Assembly: GCA_963677705.1 (NCBI GenBank)
Contig: OY782497.1
Span: 4,152,627 to 4,216,626 of the forward strand
Direction: 5' to 3'
DNA: 64,000 nucleotides
DNA from: Myxococcota bacterium
Lineage (GTDB): Bacteria > Myxococcota_A > SURF-8 > G963677705
The position numbers were made by a program, and so were the translations under genes. Positions 9,954 to 19,839 of this stretch are shown here, piece by piece. The stretch's first letter is position 1, and the number at the start of each line of letters is the position of its first letter. The notes under the pieces were generated by a model. That model ran no database searches and had not been told where the DNA came from. It saw only the letters and a list, made by a program, of their open reading frames with translations.

Positions 9954-10440
9954 AACTCCCCTTCGTTACCGACAATCGCCCGAACCCGCGAATCCATCCC
10001 CTCATCTGCCGAACACCCGCAAGGGATGTCTCCGCTGAGGATAGAGTACCAATGGCTCTAAAACCAGAATGCGCGATCGTTGTTGCTATGCCTGCCGGGA
10101 TCAACCCTCCATGCTCAGGCCAGGATCAGCCTTGGAAATCAACCCCTGGTCAACCGTAAAATAGCAAAAAAAGATGAAATTTTCAATATCTTTTCCCATG
10201 AAATGCGTTTTAGGCTTCGGCGTTGCTGCGTTGGAAGACGGTCCGTTGTTGAGATCCTTCAACAGGGACTCTTGGGTTTTCACTGAATCCTGAAAGCGAT
10301 TGCATGGATTTGTTCAAGGGCGTGTCGCCCATTGACCCCCTGGACAATTCCGTGTACCCTTTCCTTACGAAAAACCGGCTTGGGCTCGGTACGCTGTTTG
10401 GGTGTGTTTACCGGGAATCAAGGCGCATGGAACACGCATC

Positions 10441-11655
10441 ATGGAACGTTGGGAACAACAAGCGATACGCAAGCAGTCTGGTTTGACCAGACTTTTGCCT
10501 TGGCTTGCCCTGTCTTCGGTGCTTTTCTTTCTGATCCTCGCCCCGTTGATCGCTGTGCTTTTTGATGCGGGCAAGATCGCCGAGCGTACTCCGGTGACCT
10601 TGAAGCGGCTCAGCGCCGAACAATGGGTGGAAAACCGAACCATCAAAAAGACCCAAAGCCAGAAAATGGCCAAGCTTGAACGAAAGCAGGAGCGCAAAAA
10701 ACGGGAAAAGAAAAAAGAGCCGCCGAAACCGGAAAAGCCCAGCGGGCCCATCGTGGATGTCGCTATGCCGGACAAGGAAGAGGTTCCCCAGGATGCTCGC
10801 TATACCAGCCAGTACAACATCAAGGTGAAGAAGGAATCCAAGGCGAAGAACCGCAAAAACTACAAAGAAGCTGCGCCGAAGCATTCGGACAGGGGGCTAA
10901 AAATGCCCAAGCAACAGGTGGCCAGAAAGCCGGATCAAGTCACCGTCACCCCGGACAACAAACCCAAGGGCGAACAGGCGAAACCCCAAACGCCGAAGAA
11001 AACCCTGCTGCCGGACTGGAAACAATCCAGCAAACTGGTGCTGGAGGACGGAGGTAACCGGGCCAGCCACCAGAACCGGGATGATCGCCCGATGGACATC
11101 CAAGGGAACAACCCGGACAAGCTTCAAATGGCCCGACGGGAACCGACCAGCCCGACGATGGAAGATGATGGCCTGGGTTTGCCGAACAACATTCCTTCCA
11201 GCCTGCTACCCAACAGCGAAGATGCCAAGCAGACCGCCGGGGGACCGATGAACGATTACCTCCCGGACGTGGAGGAGGGCGAGGGAACCTGGCTGAACAC
11301 CAGAGCCTTCAAATACGCAACCTACTTCAACCGCATCAAGCGCATGGTATCCGGGAACTGGAACCCACTCACCGTACAGCGTCGTTACGATCCTTACTTC
11401 ACGACCTATGGCTACAAGGATCGTCACACCCGCGTCTGGGTCAGCCTGGATACCCACGGGAACCTGGAGGAAGTGAAGATCATTCAGTCCTGCGGTGTGG
11501 ATTATCTGGACCAGGAAGCCGTTCGGGCCATCGCCGCCGCCGCACCTTTTCCCAACCCACCGGAGGGGATTGTCGAAGAAGGTCACGTGCGTTTTCCTTT
11601 CGGTTTCTACTTGGCCTTGAATCGCAATCGTTTTAATTTGCAGTGGGGAAAATAG
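10441..11655 (+). CDS. TonB-family energy transducer (N-terminal TM, Lys/Pro-rich spacer, TonB C-terminal domain)
   Basis: N-terminal TM LLPWLALSSVLFFLILAPLIAVLF, a KKREKKKEPPKPEKP spacer, and a C-terminal fold typical of TonB_C (VWVSLDTHGNLEEVKIIQSCG...). Confidence 0.6.
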   Translation: MERWEQQAIRKQSGLTRLLPWLALSSVLFFLILAPLIAVLFDAGKIAERTPVTLKRLSAEQWVENRTIKKTQSQKMAKLERKQERKKREKKKEPPKPEKPSGPIVDVAMPDKEEVPQDARYTSQYNIKVKKESKAKNRKNYKEAAPKHSDRGLKMPKQQVARKPDQVTVTPDNKPKGEQAKPQTPKKTLLPDWKQSSKLVLEDGGNRASHQNRDDRPMDIQGNNPDKLQMARREPTSPTMEDDGLGLPNNIPSSLLPNSEDAKQTAGGPMNDYLPDVEEGEGTWLNTRAFKYATYFNRIKRMVSGNWNPLTVQRRYDPYFTTYGYKDRHTRVWVSLDTHGNLEEVKIIQSCGVDYLDQEAVRAIAAAAPFPNPPEGIVEEGHVRFPFGFYLALNRNRFNLQWGK

Positions 11656-11746
11656 GGCATTGGACAAAAGCTTGTGACAAGCGTAAACGGCCCGATCCAC
11701 ACCAAGGTGAATCGGGCCGTGTTGTTCGATGACGAAGAAATCGGGG

Positions 11747-12481
11747 CTAATCGTTGTGGCGATGATCCCGGTAATGGGGTTCATAGAGATCACGCATTTC
11801 ATCGGAAATCTGGTCCAGCAGGAAGCCTTCCTTGGCGTCTTTGATTTCCGACTCGTAGACGATGTCCACGCTGTCCACAATCACGCGGAGGTTACGGGCG
11901 CCGCCACGATCCGTTCCCGGCTCGCCCCGTTGCAGCATGACAAAGTGAACCTGATTGAGTTGATCCTTCACGTATTGCAAGGCCGGAGCGAAATCGTAAT
12001 CGCCGGCCATAATCACCGCCACATCATACAGATTGGTCCGGGTGACCATATCCACGGCCATGCCGACATCCAAGCCCTTTTCACCGAGACGTTCCATGCG
12101 GTAGGGATTGACGCGCAGGACACCGGTATAGCGGAACTCGATGTAGTTGTTGTTCAGGCAGATGGCGTTGTACAGGAAGTCATGCATGTCGCGCAGGCGC
12201 TTGGACTCATCATCATACCAGCGTTTGCAGCGTTCCTCGAACTCTTCAATGCTCATCTCCGGCGGGCAGTTGCGTTCAAACTGGTTGGGATACCATTTGA
12301 TCGGAGACAGGCGGGCTACCTGGTACCAGTAGGCCCGAACAAGGCTGCAATCTTCCGGGGTGATGGCGGTGAAAAAGCGCTCCCAATTGATGTGCTTTTC
12401 CTGAAGACCAATCGCTTTGAGTTGGTTGTGCAGATGCGATCCATCAATAAAAACCACGGCGCGTTTTAAGTTCATGAACAA
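11747..12481 (-). CDS. NYN/LabA-like domain protein (predicted RNase of the PIN-like superfamily)
   Basis: VVFIDGSHL ... GLDVGMAVDMV ... DVAVIMAGDYDFAPALQ matches the PF01936 NYN core. Confidence 0.7.
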   Translation of the reverse strand: MFMNLKRAVVFIDGSHLHNQLKAIGLQEKHINWERFFTAITPEDCSLVRAYWYQVARLSPIKWYPNQFERNCPPEMSIEEFEERCKRWYDDESKRLRDMHDFLYNAICLNNNYIEFRYTGVLRVNPYRMERLGEKGLDVGMAVDMVTRTNLYDVAVIMAGDYDFAPALQYVKDQLNQVHFVMLQRGEPGTDRGGARNLRVIVDSVDIVYESEIKDAKEGFLLDQISDEMRDLYEPHYRDHRHND

Positions 12482-12768
12482 CTCCTTGGCAACAAAAAAG
12501 CAACATCATCTACGCAAGCGCTGCCAGCCTACCCTGCAATGTTCCAGGGAGCAAAACACTTCCATCATCGGGTTCCCCGTAGAAGGCTTTTCCCCATTGG
12601 GCACACCAAGCAAGCCTGCTCCGTGTGTAACAAAGCGGTTAGGGCGTGGCAAGGAATTTATCCAATTTCTTCTGGTTATAACCGCAGGATAAAACCCCGG
12701 ATTCCTCTAGCCGCTACGCGAGATCCGATTAATTTTTCAATGAATTGATGAACTGTGCCGCGAGCTGT

Positions 12769-15582
12769 TTACCAGTTGATATTGTCTTCCATACGTGGGT
12801 CAATGGGACCGGCGAGATTCCAGCTATCAAATTCCCCGGCGTACAGCAGGCGGTAAACCGCCATCGTCAGAAGCACGGTTTTGGTATAATGGCGGGTCTG
12901 GGAAAATCCGATGGATTCAATGAACTCATCCCAGACCAGGTTCTTCCCGGCGTTGAGCCACAACGAAACGTTCTGCGGCCCTCCGTTGTACGACGCAATG
13001 GCCAAGGGAAGTTGACGCTGGAATTTCTTCAACAGGGCCGAGAGATACCAGGTGCCGTAACGGATCGTTACTCTGGGTTGATAGAGCTTCAAGCGATCCG
13101 GGCCGTTGTCTTGAATCCGTTCGGCAATCCGAGCGCCGGTGTGCGGCATGACCTGCATCAAGCCCATTGCTCCGACGTTGCTGGTGGCTTTTGGGAAAAA
13201 GCGGCTTTCGGTACGCATGATGGAAAGCACCAGGTCATCGGGGACATCGTAGCGTTCCGCGTTGCGTTCAATCAGCTTGGGAAAGGCTACGGGATAGAAA
13301 ATCTTCCGGCGCAGATCCAGGGTGATCCCCGGTGCGGCCTTGTAGCTGAAGAACCCTGCAAAGACCTTGTATGCCCAATAGGGTTGTTCGCAATCCATGA
13401 ACAGGGAAACCATATCCATGTAAAAGCGGTCGGAGAATTCGGTCAGGGTGGCTTGTTTCTTCTGACGCAGAGCGAATTCTTCGTCGCTTTCCTCAGTCCC
13501 TCGGCGAAGCGGGCGACGGCGTTCGCGCCACAGCGTCAGCAGTTCCTCGGCAAACCCGGCCATTTCATCCCCGGCCTGGAAGCGGTCGCCAAGATCGCGC
13601 CACATGATTGCACGACGCAGAACGGGAAAGGTTTCCTCATGCTTCTTGGCTTCTTTCCGTAAACGATACAGGGCATACTTGAACGCTCCATCCCGACGCT
13701 CGGTCAACGCGGTTTGGTGTTCGGCAAAGCCTCGGCGCAGGTCCACCAGAGAATAGGGGGGCACCTCACGATCCACGCCGGAAATCTGCTTCCAGACGGG
13801 GCGCGTGTCTTCAGGCTGTTCGCCATCCCCATCCAACAAGGCTGCGGCCTGTTCCTGCTGTTCCAGATCGTGGTCGCCATCGCCATCCAGATCCGTGGCC
13901 GACCAGACATCCATTTCGTTCACCGCCCGACGAACCTGGTCAATCAGCCGTAGGCGCTGCATCGCCGCCAGACGGTAATAGCGGAACTGATCCTCTTCGG
14001 CCAGTTCACGATACAGCACTTCGGCTTCCTGCTCACGCTGTTTTTTCTGCAGACAGCGGGCCGCCCAGTAGGTAGCCTTTCGCGTGGTTTCCGTTTTTTT
14101 CTTTCCTTGCCGCAGGGCCATGAACAAGGTCAGAGCTTGGTCAATATCCCCTTGACGGTAGGTGAACCAGGCACGGAACCAGGAGATTTTATCGCTGAAG
14201 CTCCCCCGGCTGGGATAGGCTTTCTCGTAGAGATCCAAGGCCGTCAAGGCCTTGGTGAACTCATTGGTTTCGGCGTAGGTCCAGGCGACCATGAACAGGC
14301 CTTGATCCCCGGCCCAGTGATCCGGGTAACGCTTATGGATGGTTCTGTACATCGCCAGGGCTTCCTCCGAGCGATCCAGGCGCACCAGGGTTTTGGCAAG
14401 CTGGTTCATCGTCGTCGGTCGCCGGTCGTCCTCGGTTTGAGGCAGTTCTTCAAGCAGCCCGGCGAAATCCTTGCGGGCGTCCTCGTAGCGTTGGAGGAAA
14501 TAGAACGCCCGTCCGCGATGGTAGCGCAGTCGCTGACTGGTTTCCGCGTTGTAGTCCGGAGATTCCGGTGTTACCTTGCTTAAGGCGCTGCTCACTTCAG
14601 CGACCACTTCATCCAAAGACCACACCTGGCGGAGATTTCCCACAAGGCCAAGCAGACTGGGGCCGAAGGGAGGGATGTAATCAACCCCCTGCTCGCGAAG
14701 TTCCACCAGTCGTTTCTCTACCCGGTCACGGTATTGAGCCGCTTTGCCATCCACCAGAATCGCCAGCAGAGTCCGCGCTTCCTTCAAGAACTCCTTGCGC
14801 CCACGATAACCTTGGGCCTTGAGCCAGAGCAGGTCACCCTGCTTTTCATACTCTTCCGGCGTGCGGCAGCGACGGTCCTGTTTGCATTCCGCCTCGGCCT
14901 TTTCTTTCTTTTCCTTCAAGGTACTCCAGACGCGGTTGATTACCGAGCCATAACGGTCCCGTGCAAGGTCACAGGCTACGCTCATCACCAGGGCATCGTC
15001 CACCCACAGGCTGTCCGGGTACTGCTCAATCAGTTTGTCAAAATTGTAGCGGGCCTTGCCGTATTCCCCCTGCCGAAAGCGGGCCTCTCCCAGCAGGTAA
15101 CGAACGCGGTCGCCGATGGTTCGCCAGGAGGGTAAGGCGCTGTTAAAGGAATCCACCGCTTGATCCACCTGGTTCATGTCCAACTGGCAGATGCCGGAAA
15201 TCAAACGCACACGAGCGCGGTAGGAGCGCCCATAGTGGCTGTCTTCTACGGCGTAAAGGCGCGGTAGGGCTTTTTTACATTGCCTTGTTTCAAACAAGGA
15301 TCGGGCTTCGTCGAACAGGGTTTGGACATCCTTGGGCGTCGGTTTTTCCGGCAACAAGGATTGAGAGTCCCCCTCCGCTTCCTCCGTAGCCGTGTCTGCG
15401 TTATCCGATTCCATCGTGTCCGGTCGGGCTTCTCCCGGCACCGGGCCTTGGGCTGGATTCTCCTTCGGCGATGCCTGAACCGCACCGGCTTCCCCAAACA
15501 ACAGGACCAAGAACCCAAGCAAGGCTATCCATGATTGAAGCCTGTCGCGAGTCCCGTTCGTCCCCCTCTTGATCTGCATCAC
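12769..15582 (-). CDS. Soluble lytic murein transglycosylase with N-terminal signal and TPR-like superhelical region
   Basis: C-terminal SLT domain LSIMRTESRFFPKATSNVGAMGLMQVMP...ASYNGGP. N-terminal signal LLGFLVLLFGEAGAVQA. Confidence 0.8.
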   Translation of the reverse strand: MMQIKRGTNGTRDRLQSWIALLGFLVLLFGEAGAVQASPKENPAQGPVPGEARPDTMESDNADTATEEAEGDSQSLLPEKPTPKDVQTLFDEARSLFETRQCKKALPRLYAVEDSHYGRSYRARVRLISGICQLDMNQVDQAVDSFNSALPSWRTIGDRVRYLLGEARFRQGEYGKARYNFDKLIEQYPDSLWVDDALVMSVACDLARDRYGSVINRVWSTLKEKKEKAEAECKQDRRCRTPEEYEKQGDLLWLKAQGYRGRKEFLKEARTLLAILVDGKAAQYRDRVEKRLVELREQGVDYIPPFGPSLLGLVGNLRQVWSLDEVVAEVSSALSKVTPESPDYNAETSQRLRYHRGRAFYFLQRYEDARKDFAGLLEELPQTEDDRRPTTMNQLAKTLVRLDRSEEALAMYRTIHKRYPDHWAGDQGLFMVAWTYAETNEFTKALTALDLYEKAYPSRGSFSDKISWFRAWFTYRQGDIDQALTLFMALRQGKKKTETTRKATYWAARCLQKKQREQEAEVLYRELAEEDQFRYYRLAAMQRLRLIDQVRRAVNEMDVWSATDLDGDGDHDLEQQEQAAALLDGDGEQPEDTRPVWKQISGVDREVPPYSLVDLRRGFAEHQTALTERRDGAFKYALYRLRKEAKKHEETFPVLRRAIMWRDLGDRFQAGDEMAGFAEELLTLWRERRRPLRRGTEESDEEFALRQKKQATLTEFSDRFYMDMVSLFMDCEQPYWAYKVFAGFFSYKAAPGITLDLRRKIFYPVAFPKLIERNAERYDVPDDLVLSIMRTESRFFPKATSNVGAMGLMQVMPHTGARIAERIQDNGPDRLKLYQPRVTIRYGTWYLSALLKKFQRQLPLAIASYNGGPQNVSLWLNAGKNLVWDEFIESIGFSQTRHYTKTVLLTMAVYRLLYAGEFDSWNLAGPIDPRMEDNINW

Positions 15583-15597
15583 AACGTGCCTTCTGCG

Positions 15598-16029
15598 TTA
15601 CAAATGGTCTTCTACAGTGGTTTTGAGTTGTTCCAGCATTTCCGGCAGGTGGACATCCACCAGCTTGGTTGCCACAACCCTGGGTAGAAACCCTTTCACG
15701 GAAAGTGATTGGGTATAGGTGGCGCGGGTGCGGGACTTGTCCAGCGCTTCAAGACGCCAGGAGCCTTCCACACGGGTCAGCCAGTTGGATTCTTTCAGAC
15801 GCCAGCGAATGGCGCGAAAAGGCTCCTCGGTAAGAACCAGGGAATAATAGATCGACAGGCGAAACAGGGACAGGTCAAATTCCGCGATGGCTTCATGGGC
15901 GTTTCGCTCCAGAAGACGGCTGCGGCGCATGGCCGGAAACAAGTCCGTATAGTGGTCATAGTCGGTCAGTGTGTTGTACACCACGCTGGCCGGAGCAAGA
16001 ATGTCAATCGCACGACGTGCCTGGGTCAT
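15598..16029 (-). CDS. SRPBCC (polyketide cyclase/START-like) domain protein
   Basis: 143 aa with the composition and length of the cyclase/dehydrase family. Weak motif support. Confidence 0.5.
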   Translation of the reverse strand: MTQARRAIDILAPASVVYNTLTDYDHYTDLFPAMRRSRLLERNAHEAIAEFDLSLFRLSIYYSLVLTEEPFRAIRWRLKESNWLTRVEGSWRLEALDKSRTRATYTQSLSVKGFLPRVVATKLVDVHLPEMLEQLKTTVEDHL

Positions 16030-16154
16030 GAGCCTTCCGGAATTCTGAGTCGAAATCTATTCAATACAAATTCTTATCGACCCATCCTATCAAAACACGA
16101 TCCATGACGCAAGACGTTGAAAAGGAGGTTTTTCGGGTTCTTTAGGTCTTGCGT

Positions 16155-17276
16155 TTATCCGGCGACAGCTTCCTTGGCAGCCTCTTTCGCTTGTGCGCTT
16201 TTGGCTTCCACCACCAGAAAACAAAGCACCATCACGCATCCCACCACAAAGGCGGCCACGGTAATCGCCTCATTGGCTCCGAACGAGGAGGGCAAGGTAT
16301 TGCTCAGATACAGCGTATGCTCCAAGGCGGTACCCTTGCCGATGAGTTCCTGATGCCGAAACGGCCAGATACTCCACAGGCTCCCCAGCATCAAACCCAG
16401 CAGGAACCCCATCGTGCCATCATGGAAGCGTTGCAGCAGCCAGTTCAACAGTTTGGTGAACACCACCAGCCCGATGCCGCATCCCGCCGCGAAGGTAACC
16501 AGCACGGGAAGATTGAATGCTGTGATCGCCGCGAGGATTTCAAAGTACAAGCCGAAAAGCAGCAAGAGGAAGGAGCCGCTGATGCCGGGAAGAATCATCG
16601 CACTGATTGCAATGGCTCCGGCAACGAAGAGCCAGCCATAGCGCAGCAGGCTGGTTTGTCCATCTCCGCCCAACTGCTTGATGCGTTCCTTGGCGGCCAG
16701 GATTTTGGCTCCGTTTCCCTGGGCCTTGGCTTCTTTCAAGTCCGCCTTGGCCAGTTTGATTTCAACCTTGTCTTTGGCGTTCTGGATTTTCTGCTCAGGA
16801 CTCATCGAAGCATCGACGCCAATCACCAGAACCGCCGCGACAACCAGGGCGATCATCGGTCCTGTGCCGCGCTTCTTCATCATTCGCCAGGGAACCACGG
16901 CACTGATCAGCACCAAGCCGAAGAAGAAACCATACGTGGGGTCGTGCTGCTCTTGCAAAAGGTAGGTCATCAGTTTGGCCAGAGCCACGATTCCCAGCAC
17001 CGCGCCCACGCCCAGTCTTCCCAGAAACCAGATGTCCAGACGCTTGAGTTCTTCCATCAGCGCCGTTCTGGATTCCTTGGAAAACGTCAAGGCCCGAAGC
17101 ATCACCCGCAGCGTATTCCCGGACACGCCTCCCAGCGCACCCAGAATGCGGGCATACAGCCCAAGAATCAGCGCCATCGTTCCACCGGACACGCCGGGAA
17201 TAATGTTGGCGATCCCGATAACCATGCCTTTCAGCACCAGCAACAGATGCTCCATCATCGTGATTTTCTCCCTCAT
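16155..17276 (-). CDS. DUF368-family membrane protein (PopT-like polyprenyl-phosphate translocase) with an inserted Lys-rich amphipathic segment
   Basis: Two halves each carrying PGVSGGT / PGISGSF motifs. Start trimmed to MREKITMMEHLL at 17276. Confidence 0.7.
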   Translation of the reverse strand: MREKITMMEHLLLVLKGMVIGIANIIPGVSGGTMALILGLYARILGALGGVSGNTLRVMLRALTFSKESRTALMEELKRLDIWFLGRLGVGAVLGIVALAKLMTYLLQEQHDPTYGFFFGLVLISAVVPWRMMKKRGTGPMIALVVAAVLVIGVDASMSPEQKIQNAKDKVEIKLAKADLKEAKAQGNGAKILAAKERIKQLGGDGQTSLLRYGWLFVAGAIAISAMILPGISGSFLLLLFGLYFEILAAITAFNLPVLVTFAAGCGIGLVVFTKLLNWLLQRFHDGTMGFLLGLMLGSLWSIWPFRHQELIGKGTALEHTLYLSNTLPSSFGANEAITVAAFVVGCVMVLCFLVVEAKSAQAKEAAKEAVAG

Positions 17277-17352
17277 CAGAGTTGGTGAAACCGAGCGATT
17301 TCGTATCTCGTTCCAAGACCAAGGCCGAGCGGATGCCCGGCCTTGATGGTGG

Positions 17353-18447
17353 TTATTTCGTAAAAGACAATCCCATGATCTCCCGAACGTTCTGCATGGT
17401 TTCTTCGGCCAGATCACGGCAACGCGCCGCCCCGGCGTTCAGAATATCCCGGATCGTGTCCGGGTCTTTGGCCAATTCTGCGCGACGTTCCCGGATGGGC
17501 TCGATGATTTCCGCCATGCGTTGGGCCACTTTCTTCTTGCATTGGAAGCAGCCGATCTCGGCCTTCGTGCAACCCTCATGGGCCCATGCCTGGGTTTCCT
17601 CATCACAGAGAAGTTTGTGCCAGGAATAGACGTTGCATTCTTCCGGCACGCCGGGATCGGTTTTCAGTTTGCGCCGGGTATCGCTGGCTGCCTGCTTGGT
17701 TACCGCTTCCACAATCTCTTTGCGGGTCCAACTCAAAGGAATATGGTTTCCAAGGCTTTTGGACATTTTGTTCACGCCGTCCAAGCCCATGATGCGCGGC
17801 GCTTCCGAAAGCAAAGGCTGGCAGGAACCGAAGACGTCCCCATAGCGCAGGTTGAAGCGCCGGGCGATGTCCCGCGTCAATTCCACATGCTGAACTTGGT
17901 CTTCTCCCACCGGAACCACTTCTGCCTGATAGAGCAGAATGTCCGCCGCCTGCAAGACGGGATAGGTGAACAGGGCCGCGCTGACATGACCGGCTTTGGC
18001 CAGAAAGCTTGAGCGATCGTCCCCGAACAGGTCGCTGAAATCATCGCTGGGTTCATCGGCTCGCACGGAGTTGTCTCCCAGGGCACCCTCGGCGTATTGC
18101 GCGGTTTTGGCCTTGAACTGGGTCATGCGCATCAGTTGCCCCAAGGGCGTGACGCTATTGAAATACCAGCACAACTCCATATGCTGCGGAACATGGCTCT
18201 GCACGAAGATCGTGCATTTCTCCGGGTCCAGACCTCCGGCGATGTAATCCATCGTCGCATCAAGAATGCGTTGCTGCATGATCTTGGAATCGTAGGGCGA
18301 GGTGATGGCGTGCCAGTCTACAATGCAGAAAATCGCTTCGTAGTCCTCTTGCAGACGAACCCAGTTTTGCAACGCGCCCAGATAATTCCCCAGGTGTAAC
18401 GACCCGGAGGGCTGCATTCCCGAAAACAGGCGTTTCTTCGTCATCAT
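17353..18447 (-). CDS. trpS: Tryptophan--tRNA ligase
   Basis: Class I signatures SGSLHLGNYLG (HIGH-like) and KMSKSLGN. Confidence 0.9.
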   Translation of the reverse strand: MMTKKRLFSGMQPSGSLHLGNYLGALQNWVRLQEDYEAIFCIVDWHAITSPYDSKIMQQRILDATMDYIAGGLDPEKCTIFVQSHVPQHMELCWYFNSVTPLGQLMRMTQFKAKTAQYAEGALGDNSVRADEPSDDFSDLFGDDRSSFLAKAGHVSAALFTYPVLQAADILLYQAEVVPVGEDQVQHVELTRDIARRFNLRYGDVFGSCQPLLSEAPRIMGLDGVNKMSKSLGNHIPLSWTRKEIVEAVTKQAASDTRRKLKTDPGVPEECNVYSWHKLLCDEETQAWAHEGCTKAEIGCFQCKKKVAQRMAEIIEPIRERRAELAKDPDTIRDILNAGAARCRDLAEETMQNVREIMGLSFTK

Positions 18448-18938
18448 CGCTCCTCTCTGCCGGGTAGAATGTCCGGCATGGTCTGACGCATGGCCTCAAA
18501 CAATACGATGGCCACGGAATTGGATAGGTTGTAGCTGCGCACCTTCCCTAGAATGGGAATGTTGATCGTCCGCTCGGCGTGGGCCTCCAGGATGGCTTCA
18601 TCCAGCCCCACGGTTTCCTTACCGAAGATCAGAAAGTCATCGGGTTGGTAGGCCACCGAGCTATACACGCGGTGCGCTTTCTTCGTCGCGAACCATCCCC
18701 GGTTGTGGGCTTCCGGATAGGCCTTCCAGAAGTCTTCCAGGCTTTCATGAACCACCAGGGTCAAATGGGGCCAGTAGTCCAATCCGGCACGACGCATATA
18801 GCGGTCATCCAAGCTGAAACCAAGGGGTTTGACCAGATGCAGTTCGGCATCAGCCCCTACACACAAACGACCGATATTTCCCGTATTGGGAGGTATTTCC
18901 GGTTCGATCAATACAACACGAAACATCCGGCACCACAC
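18444..18938 (-). CDS. trmL: tRNA (cytidine/uridine-2'-O)-methyltransferase, SpoU/TrmL family
   Basis: VVLIEPEIPPNTGNIGRLC ... SYNLSNSVAIVLFEA SPOUT motifs. ATGA overlap with the trpS start. The true start may be the M at 18926. Confidence 0.75.
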   Translation of the reverse strand: MWCRMFRVVLIEPEIPPNTGNIGRLCVGADAELHLVKPLGFSLDDRYMRRAGLDYWPHLTLVVHESLEDFWKAYPEAHNRGWFATKKAHRVYSSVAYQPDDFLIFGKETVGLDEAILEAHAERTINIPILGKVRSYNLSNSVAIVLFEAMRQTMPDILPGREER

Positions 18939-19116
18939 TTTTTTCTAGGGAACCACACAGAACGGACCCTGGCTTTCGACGAAGGAACCATCCCCCTTCT
19001 AGCTGCCGGAATCCGAACCTTGGCGGTATAGCACCGACGGGCGGTAAACACAAGAAATCCACGGCGGCAACCATCGACAAAGGTGCCGTTTTCTCTCTCT
19101 TGCACTCTGGCCCGGC

Positions 19117-19782
19117 TTAAAATTCGTGGGGCTTCATCGGTAAGACATACCAGAGCATGGCAAAGAAATGGCTGATGCTTCCTCCCAGCACGAAAAGATG
19201 CCAGATGGCATGGCCGTAGGGAAGCTTCTTCCAGAGGTAGAACACAACTCCCAGGCAATAGCACAAGCCGCCGATGGCGATCCAAACCAGGCCGCCTGTG
19301 GGGATGGCCTCGAACATCGGCTTGGCGGCAATCGTCACAAGAAAACCCATGCCCACATAGACAAACACACTGACCAGACGGTACTTGTCAATGAACAGTG
19401 CTTTGAAGACAATTCCGGCGATGGCCAGGCCCCAGATCACGCCGAAGAGGCTCCATCCCCACGGGCCACGCAGGCTGACCAGGGTGAAAGGCGTGTAGGT
19501 TCCGGCGATGAGCAGAAAGATGGCCGAGTGGTCGAAGATGTTGAACAGGCGCTTCAAGCGCATGGACTGAAAACTGTGGTAGAGGGTGCTGGCCAGGTAC
19601 AACAGAATCAGGGTTGTCCCGTAAATGCTGAAGCTGACCACGCGCCAGGCATCCCCATACAAACCGGCCAGAGTAACCAGAATCGACAAGGCGGCGACAC
19701 TCAGCCCCGCACCGATACCATGAGTAACACTGTTGGCGATTTCTTCACCGAGGCTCTGCCCGGAATAAGGATGTTTTTCCAT
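19117..19782 (-). CDS. Hemolysin III / PAQR-family membrane protein
   Basis: Seven TM helices and a HxxxH-type motif (EIANSVTHGIGAG). Start trimmed to MEKHPY at 19782. Confidence 0.75.
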   Translation of the reverse strand: MEKHPYSGQSLGEEIANSVTHGIGAGLSVAALSILVTLAGLYGDAWRVVSFSIYGTTLILLYLASTLYHSFQSMRLKRLFNIFDHSAIFLLIAGTYTPFTLVSLRGPWGWSLFGVIWGLAIAGIVFKALFIDKYRLVSVFVYVGMGFLVTIAAKPMFEAIPTGGLVWIAIGGLCYCLGVVFYLWKKLPYGHAIWHLFVLGGSISHFFAMLWYVLPMKPHEF

Positions 19783-19839
19783 CAGATTTCTCCACAGCAA
19801 CAGACTAGACGCAACATTAACCGAAGGGTGGACCAACCA

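Noticed and set aside
16149-17288. 379-aa plus-strand ORF antisense to the DUF368 gene, plus similar long antisense ORFs. These cover 22274-23422 (tsf), 23242-24135 (rpsB), 25544-26848, 28281-29423 (cysK), 29744-31012 (rpoN), 37841-39574, 43379-44512 and 60640-61668
   Set aside because: All lie opposite genes with clear family signatures. Their compositions are biased to H/Q/R/G with no motifs.
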